Shown here: piece by piece, positions 5,906-11,320 of the stretch
Layout: each line of letters starts with the position of its first letter
How positions within the stretch are numbered: the first letter of the stretch is position 1
NCBI GenBank assembly: GCA_013331805.1
Contig: DUFS01000075.1
Location: 5,860 to 17,179, forward strand
Origin: Candidatus Micrarchaeota archaeon
GTDB lineage: Archaea > Micrarchaeota > Micrarchaeia > Anstonellales > Anstonellaceae
Length of the DNA stretch: 11,320 bases
Reading direction: 5' to 3'
Notes under the pieces: model-generated
The model's input: the letters and a program-made list of their open reading frames with translations, nothing else
The model's database searches: none
Told to the model about the DNA's origin: nothing
Program-made: the position numbers and the translations under genes

Positions 5906-8900
5906 TTACTTCTTCTCGATGGAAAGCCTGACGCAGGACTCGTCTATCTCCCACTCCTTGGAAAAGCCGCCTGCGTGATGCGCGAATCCAACGGTCTCTG
6001 CGTTCACCTGGGAGGCAAGAGCCGAAGTGTGGCGCTTGAGAATTGAAAGGAGCTCCTTCCCGTCGGTTTCGATGTGCAGCGCTATCCTGTCTTGCTCAAG
6101 CAGCTTTCTCTCCTTTCGCATGATCTGCACGCGCCTTGCCACCTCGCGGACCATGGCCTCCTCGTAAAGCTCCTTTTTTATTTCGGTTTTCAGGAACACC
6201 CTCCCCCCTTCGAATTGGGAGATGGCAAAGCCTTCTGATTTTTCCTGCACTTCCACCATGTCCCGCTCCACTGCGAATTTTCCCGAGGCAAGAATTGTCT
6301 TCTCCTCGGAAGAAAGCCACGCAGCAAGCTCGGATGGCGGGATGCTGCCAATTGCGACAAGTGCGGCAGGCGAATCCTTCTTGAAAGCAGCCCCGACCTT
6401 GGACTTGTTGATTGTGACAGAATGCTCTGTCCTGGGCTGCTTGCCCGCCTTTGCGCTTCGCGCGTTTGAGAGCGACTCGATGAGCGTGGACAGGTGCTCG
6501 ACTGCGGAGAGGACTTCGGTGGATTCAGAAACCACCCGTATCTCCTCGACCGGCCAGCGAAGCGGGATGGAAGCCTTCTGCCTGCACGACGCTGCCGCGG
6601 TGGCTATCCCCCTTGCGATTTCAAAGCGCCGCTCCAGGAGCTGGTCAATTTTCTTCTTGTCGGATTCCGGGAAGCCGCAGAGGCTTATGGAATCCTTGCG
6701 CTCGAATTTCTTGAAGAATGACAGGTAGACGGATTCGGATATGAAAGGTGCAATGGGGGAAAGGAGCCGAAGCGCGTCGAATACGGCGTAATAGAGCACT
6801 GCCATGGCCGAGCAGCCCTCCCCTTCCTCATCTATCCTCTGCTTCGCGATCTTCATGTAAAAGCGGCTTATGTCCTCGACCAGGAAATCCCGGGCTGCGT
6901 TTGCCGCCAGGTGCGGCCTGTGGGTTTCAAATGCGGATTCGCAGGCCGACACAGTGCCGGAAAGTCGGGAAAGCAGCCACCTGTCCTCGGGCTTCAAAGA
7001 TTCATCAGCAGGGAGGATGGGCTTGCGGTCCGAAGGATAGAATCTTGACATGAACACTCCGAGGTTGTATATGGTCGAAAGCGAGCGGTGGGATTCCTTC
7101 ACCTCGCTCCAGTTGAAGCGCAGGTCGTCCCACACGGTGTTTGAAAGCGACCAGAGCCGAAATGCGTCAGCCCCGTACTTTTCCACCACTTCCTCAAGTG
7201 GCACGAAGTTGCCGACGGACTTGGACATCTTCTCCCCCTTCTCGTCCACGAAAAAGCCGTGCATCAGGCAGACCTTGTAGGGAATTTCGTTGTTCAGCAC
7301 CACTCCTGATCCCAGAAGCGAGTAGAACCAGCCGCGCGTCTGGTCCTTGCCCTCGACTATGAAATCCGCCTTGTGGAACACTTTGCGCTCCTCAAAGGTA
7401 AGCTGCGCCCAGACCGAGTTTCCGGAGTCGAACCAGACGTCCAGCACGTCAGGAACCCGGTGCATCTGCGAGCCGCATTTGGTGCACTTGAACTTCACGG
7501 CATCAATATACGGCCTGTGCAGCTCCTGGACCTTGTGCGCAAGCTCTTCCGCAGAGCCTATGACCTTGAGATGCGAACAATTGCCGCACTTCCAGATTGG
7601 CAGCGGTATGCCCCAGTAGCGCTGCCGCGAGATGCACCAGTCGGGCGCCGAGGCGACGAATTCGCGGAAGCGCGTCTTGGCAAAGTGGGGCTGCCACTCG
7701 CAATGCTCTATTTCCTCCAGCATTTTTTCCTTGAGCTTGGAAACCGAGATGAACCACTGGTCTGTGGCAATGAATATCAGCTGGGACTTGCAGCGCCAGC
7801 AGTGCGGATATCGGTGCGTAACTGCGCTCCTGTGCACAAGCGCTTTGCAGGACTCGAGGTCTGCAATCACCTTCTCCGATGCTTCGCGCACGTGCATGCC
7901 TTCGTAAAAGCCGCCCTCGGCAGTGAATTTGCCAGCCGTGCTGACAGGGGAAAATATCTCTATCCCGAACCTTTTTCCAATTATAAAGTCTTCAGGGCCA
8001 TGGCCTGGCGCGCAGTGCACCAGCCCGCTTCCGTCCTCAAGCGTGACATACTCGTCGGAAAGAACAACCTTGCGTGCGAATTTTTTCCCTATCTTTTCCT
8101 GGAGCGGATGGATGTACTCGGTCTTCTCAAGCTTTTTCCCCGAAATTTCGCCCAGCACTGTCGCGGACTTGCCCACAAGCGACATCAAATGCTCCAGCCT
8201 TTCCTTTGCCACTATCCAGGTCTCGCCATCCACCTTCACCTTCACATAGGTGTAGACCGGGTGAGCCATTATCGCCATGTTGGACACCAGCGTCCAGGGC
8301 GTGGTGGTCCAGATAATGAAGTATTCGTTTTCTGACCCCTGCACTTTGAACTTGACGTAAATCGAGGGGTCGGACTCCTCCCCATACTCGAGCTCGTAGT
8401 TGGCAAGAGTGGTTTCGCAGCGGCTGCAGTAGGGCACCACGTAGACCCCCTCGTGCAGCAGCCCCTTCTCGTGCGCCGTTGCGATCGTCCTCCAGGATGA
8501 CTCGATGTAGCTGTCCTTGTAGGTAACGTAGGGGTTTTCCCAGTCCATCCACACGCCAAGGCTCGAGAACTGCCCGCTGATAACGCCGATGTACTGGGTT
8601 GCGAATGCCTTGCACTTTTCCACGAACTTCTCTATCCCGATTTTCTCAATTTCGCGCTTGTTGGTGAGCTTGAGCTCCTGCTCCACCTTCACCTCGATGG
8701 GAAGGCCGTGCGTGTCGAAGCCTGGCTGGGCCCGCACATTCCATCCCTTGGCCCTCCTGTAGCGGCACACCGCGTCCTTTATGCACTTGTTCCAGGCAGT
8801 GCCGGGGTGTATCTGGCCAGTGGCATAAGGGGGCCCGTCGCAGAAATAGTAGGGCTTTCCCGCCAGGGCAGCCTTTTTTGCCTTCTCGTATATTTTCTCC

Positions 8901-8950
8901 TTTTTCCAGAAATCGGCTATCGACTCTTCAAGCTTTGGCTGGTTGTGCAA
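5906..8950 (-). CDS. ileS: isoleucine--tRNA ligase (archaeal type)
   Basis: DGPPYATG.HPGT (HIGH-type motif), PGFDTHGLPIE, editing WTTTPWT and GLVHCAPGHGPED, DWCISRQRYWG, EGKDQTRGWF, KMSKS; TTG start; 1014 aa. Confidence 0.97.
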   Translation of the reverse strand: MHNQPKLEESIADFWKKEKIYEKAKKAALAGKPYYFCDGPPYATGQIHPGTAWNKCIKDAVCRYRRAKGWNVRAQPGFDTHGLPIEVKVEQELKLTNKREIEKIGIEKFVEKCKAFATQYIGVISGQFSSLGVWMDWENPYVTYKDSYIESSWRTIATAHEKGLLHEGVYVVPYCSRCETTLANYELEYGEESDPSIYVKFKVQGSENEYFIIWTTTPWTLVSNMAIMAHPVYTYVKVKVDGETWIVAKERLEHLMSLVGKSATVLGEISGKKLEKTEYIHPLQEKIGKKFARKVVLSDEYVTLEDGSGLVHCAPGHGPEDFIIGKRFGIEIFSPVSTAGKFTAEGGFYEGMHVREASEKVIADLESCKALVHRSAVTHRYPHCWRCKSQLIFIATDQWFISVSKLKEKMLEEIEHCEWQPHFAKTRFREFVASAPDWCISRQRYWGIPLPIWKCGNCSHLKVIGSAEELAHKVQELHRPYIDAVKFKCTKCGSQMHRVPDVLDVWFDSGNSVWAQLTFEERKVFHKADFIVEGKDQTRGWFYSLLGSGVVLNNEIPYKVCLMHGFFVDEKGEKMSKSVGNFVPLEEVVEKYGADAFRLWSLSNTVWDDLRFNWSEVKESHRSLSTIYNLGVFMSRFYPSDRKPILPADESLKPEDRWLLSRLSGTVSACESAFETHRPHLAANAARDFLVEDISRFYMKIAKQRIDEEGEGCSAMAVLYYAVFDALRLLSPIAPFISESVYLSFFKKFERKDSISLCGFPESDKKKIDQLLERRFEIARGIATAAASCRQKASIPLRWPVEEIRVVSESTEVLSAVEHLSTLIESLSNARSAKAGKQPRTEHSVTINKSKVGAAFKKDSPAALVAIGSIPPSELAAWLSSEEKTILASGKFAVERDMVEVQEKSEGFAISQFEGGRVFLKTEIKKELYEEAMVREVARRVQIMRKERKLLEQDRIALHIETDGKELLSILKRHTSALASQVNAETVGFAHHAGGFSKEWEIDESCVRLSIEKK

Positions 8951-8956
8951 AATGAA

Positions 8957-9301
8957 TCACCCTGGCGAAACGAAGAAACGCGCAAGAGAGGAGAGCGCCG
9001 GGACCGCAAGGCAAAGCGGCAGGAAAAAAAGCGGGAGGACAGTGGAAAGCGCGTAAAAGGAAAATGCGGATGCCAGAAACGAGGCGATCACAACCACAAG
9101 GTAGAAATACGCGGAGTCGGGCGAGCCCAGTCCCGCCTTGCCCAGGTATTGCAGCGCGAAAAAACCTGCCAAGGAAAGCGCGAAAAGCGACACGGCATAG
9201 AGTGGCGAAACCCTGCCCTGCGAATCGAATAGGACAACCAGCCCGACTGCTGCCAAAGAAAACACAAGGCAATACTCGAAATCCCCGAATTTCACGATCA
9301 T
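8957..9301 (-). CDS. small hypothetical integral membrane protein (about 4 TM)
   Basis: Four hydrophobic stretches; fills the gap between ileS (6 bp away) and the rfcS promoter; ATG 9301 or GTG 9304. Confidence 0.65.
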   Translation of the reverse strand: MIVKFGDFEYCLVFSLAAVGLVVLFDSQGRVSPLYAVSLFALSLAGFFALQYLGKAGLGSPDSAYFYLVVVIASFLASAFSFYALSTVLPLFFLPLCLAVPALSSLARFFVSPG

Positions 9302-9366
9302 CACTTCGCTAAATACAGAGGCTAAACATATTTAAGCCTGTGGAAATAAAGCTTCGCGGGAGGATT

Positions 9367-10320
9367 ATGTCAGAATACACGCCCTGGACCGAGAAATACC
9401 GGCCCAAAACCCTCAAGGACATTGTGGGGCAGAAGGAGATCACACGCCTGCTTTCAGCCTACGTTAAGGAGAAGAACATGCCCAACCTGCTTTTCGCAGG
9501 ACCGCCAGGCATTGGGAAGACCACTGCGGCCCTTGCCCTTGCGCGCGACTTGTACGGCGAAAACTACCGCGAAAGCATTCTCGAGCTAAATGCCTCGGAC
9601 GAGCGCGGCATAGACGTGGTGCGGGGCAAGATTAAGGACTTTGCAAGGACCGTTTCGCTTTCCGATGTGCCCTTCAAGATAATCTTCCTGGACGAGGCTG
9701 ACTCGCTCACCAATGACGCGCAAAACGCGCTTCGCAGGACAATGGAGCTCCACGTGAACGTGACCCGCTTCATACTTTCCGCCAATTACTCCTCAAAGAT
9801 AATCGAGCCATTGCAGAGCCGCTGCTCGGTGTTCCGATTCAGGCCCCTCACGCACGAGGAGTCGACCGAGATGATCGAGAGGGTGGGGCGCGCAGAGAAG
9901 CTGAAGCTGGACAAGGGGTCGATCGAGGCTCTTCTCTATGTTTCAGAAGGGGACATGCGAAAGGCGATAAACGCGATGCAGGGGGCGTCGCTTCATTCAG
10001 CGGCACTCAGCGCCGAAACCGTCTACAAGAGCGCGGCAAGGGCTGAGCCTGCCGAAATCAAGGAGATGATGGAGCTTGCGCTTTCCCGCAAGTTCGTGGA
10101 GGCAAGGAAAAAGCTCCACCAGCTCATGATCTCCTACGGAATGTCCGGCGAGGACGTGCTCATCCAGATGTACCGCTCCATTGACTCCTTGCAGCTTTCC
10201 GAGAGGGAAAAGGTCGCGGTAATGGACAAGATAGGCGAGTACAATTTCCGCCTTGTCGAGGGCGCGAACGAGCTCATCCAGATCGAGGCGCTCCTCGCGC
10301 AGTTCCTGCTGATAAAGTAG
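9367..10320 (+). CDS. rfcS: replication factor C small subunit
   Basis: PWTEKYRP, Walker A GPPGIGKTT, LELNASDERGIDVVR, Walker B IIFLDEAD, SRC motif, GDMRKAIN; ATG 9367 preferred over GTG 9340. Confidence 0.97.
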   Translation: MSEYTPWTEKYRPKTLKDIVGQKEITRLLSAYVKEKNMPNLLFAGPPGIGKTTAALALARDLYGENYRESILELNASDERGIDVVRGKIKDFARTVSLSDVPFKIIFLDEADSLTNDAQNALRRTMELHVNVTRFILSANYSSKIIEPLQSRCSVFRFRPLTHEESTEMIERVGRAEKLKLDKGSIEALLYVSEGDMRKAINAMQGASLHSAALSAETVYKSAARAEPAEIKEMMELALSRKFVEARKKLHQLMISYGMSGEDVLIQMYRSIDSLQLSEREKVAVMDKIGEYNFRLVEGANELIQIEALLAQFLLIK

Positions 10321-10353
10321 ATCTCGTTTTTTCGTGGTGCTGATACACGAGAT
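10321..10353. terminator. T-run/hairpin between convergent rfcS and island ORFs
   Basis: ATCTCGT...ACGAGAT inverted repeat enclosing a T6 run directly after the rfcS stop. Confidence 0.35.
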
Positions 10354-10383
10354 GGAGGAGCTAAAAATTAGTCCCAACTTCTC

Positions 10384-10485
10384 TTAGAACTTTTTATTTT
10401 TTAAACTCCTAAGTAGTTTCATGTATTCTTCTCTCTGCTTTTCCATAGCTTTTCGAAATTCACGAGAGATTTTATCTTCGTCCAT
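10384..10485 (-). CDS. small hypothetical protein (33 aa)
   Basis: MDEDKISREFRKAMEKQREEYMKLLRSLKNKKF*; ATG lies 1 bp after the stop of the 166-aa ORF; below the ORF-track cutoff. Confidence 0.5.
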   Translation of the reverse strand: MDEDKISREFRKAMEKQREEYMKLLRSLKNKKF

Positions 10486-10486
10486 T

Positions 10487-10987
10487 TTAATCATCCTTTT
10501 CTTTTTTTAATATCAATATGTATTTATTCATCTCGGCTATTAGCTCTTTTGAGATTTTTTCTTTCTTTTTCATAGTAGCCAGTTCTTGCAATAAGCGATA
10601 CTGGTTATCATACATTTCTCCTAATTTATTGATAATTACTCTTTCGTCCTGTTCCTTCTTTAATTCCGTATTTCCATTTGGATATAAACTTTGTATGCTC
10701 ATAATTCCATGAAAGCCAGACATTACCCCACCAACTAATAGAAGAATTCCATAGTCATTCAAGAATAACGCTTCATTCGGGTCTAAGACTTTAATTCCAA
10801 AAACTTCTATAAAAACTAGAAAAAGCAGCACTAACAAAACTAATCCAGACCAAAAAGAAATTATGCCAAGGATGAACCGCAATCCCCTTTCAGGTTCTAT
10901 TCTCTTTTTCAAAAATTCAGAAACGGCAAACGCGAGAACTGCTAGGACAGATAACCCAACAACAACAGAATTGACAAATGACGCCAT
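10487..10987 (-). CDS. hypothetical membrane protein (3 TM plus charged coiled-coil-like C-terminus)
   Basis: Three hydrophobic segments followed by a K/E-rich helical tail; 8 bp from the upstream ORF; AT-rich codons. Confidence 0.75.
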   Translation of the reverse strand: MASFVNSVVVGLSVLAVLAFAVSEFLKKRIEPERGLRFILGIISFWSGLVLLVLLFLVFIEVFGIKVLDPNEALFLNDYGILLLVGGVMSGFHGIMSIQSLYPNGNTELKKEQDERVIINKLGEMYDNQYRLLQELATMKKKEKISKELIAEMNKYILILKKEKDD

Positions 10988-10995
10988 TTCAAGAC

Positions 10996-11223
10996 CTATA
11001 TATTAGCAAATTTAACCAAAATAGCACCGACGACTGCACCTATACCCAAATAGAAGATAGCTGGATAAGTGACTCCAAGAAACGAATTCAAATTAGATGT
11101 TAGCATGTAAAGGATAACTGCCCCTATGAATGCCCCCCCAATAAGCCGTTCAGTCTCAGTCATAGTTTTCATTATCCCTGTATCGTTTTTATCTCTTCCC
11201 CTTACCTCGTTTCCACTAACCAT
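10996..11223 (-). CDS. small hypothetical membrane protein (2 TM)
   Basis: Strong SD AGGAGGT upstream of ATG 11223; two Gly-rich hydrophobic helices. Confidence 0.75.
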   Translation of the reverse strand: MVSGNEVRGRDKNDTGIMKTMTETERLIGGAFIGAVILYMLTSNLNSFLGVTYPAIFYLGIGAVVGAILVKFANI

Positions 11224-11243
11224 TTTTACCTACCTCCTTGTTT

Positions 11244-11302
11244 CTGCACCCAGAGTCGAACGCCTGCACCCAAAGTCAGTCATTTTGACCACTTTAGGTG
11301 CA
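11244..11302. repeat. Three copies of TGCACCYARAGT (two direct, one inverted)
   Basis: ctgcacccagagtc 11244-11257 and ctgcacccaaagtc 11264-11277 (20-bp period); inverted actttaggtgca 11291-11302. Confidence 0.8.
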
Positions 11303-11320
11303 AAGCCAAATTGATACAAA

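Larger units (their letters stand above)
10321..11320. mobile_element. edge of AT-rich putative genomic island
   Basis: Visible abrupt drop in GC right after the rfcS stop, and only orphan ORFs. No integrase or att site is visible in the window. Confidence 0.45.

Noticed and set aside
8795..8850. IleRS HIGH motif reads HPGT
   Set aside because: HxGT variants are common in archaeal IleRS, so this is not evidence of altered function or resistance.
9367..10320. Intein in RFC small subunit
   Set aside because: Normal length with contiguous Walker A, Walker B and sensor motifs; no insertion.

Overview
Compact archaeal chromosomal region. The archaeal assignment rests on Trm1, RFC small subunit, archaeal-type IleRS, TATA-like promoters and BHB-type tRNA introns. 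A DPANN/Micrarchaeota-like host is plausible but is inference only. In order, the window holds: an AroA/EPSP-synthase-like gene on the minus strand that runs off the left edge, is absent from the ORF track and has lost key catalytic residues; trm1; a CoA-binding protein; an FTR1-family iron permease with a palindromic operator-like site; an intron-containing tRNA-Phe/tRNA-Asn cluster; an orphan ORF; eno; ileS; a small membrane protein; rfcS; and an abruptly AT-rich island of small membrane ORFs with a triple-repeat upstream element. The two most unusual signals are (1) two tandem repeats in the tRNA-Asn trailer, each folding into a BHB splice motif and ending in a copy of the tRNA 3' end, and (2) the apparent AroA pseudoenzyme head-to-head with trm1.
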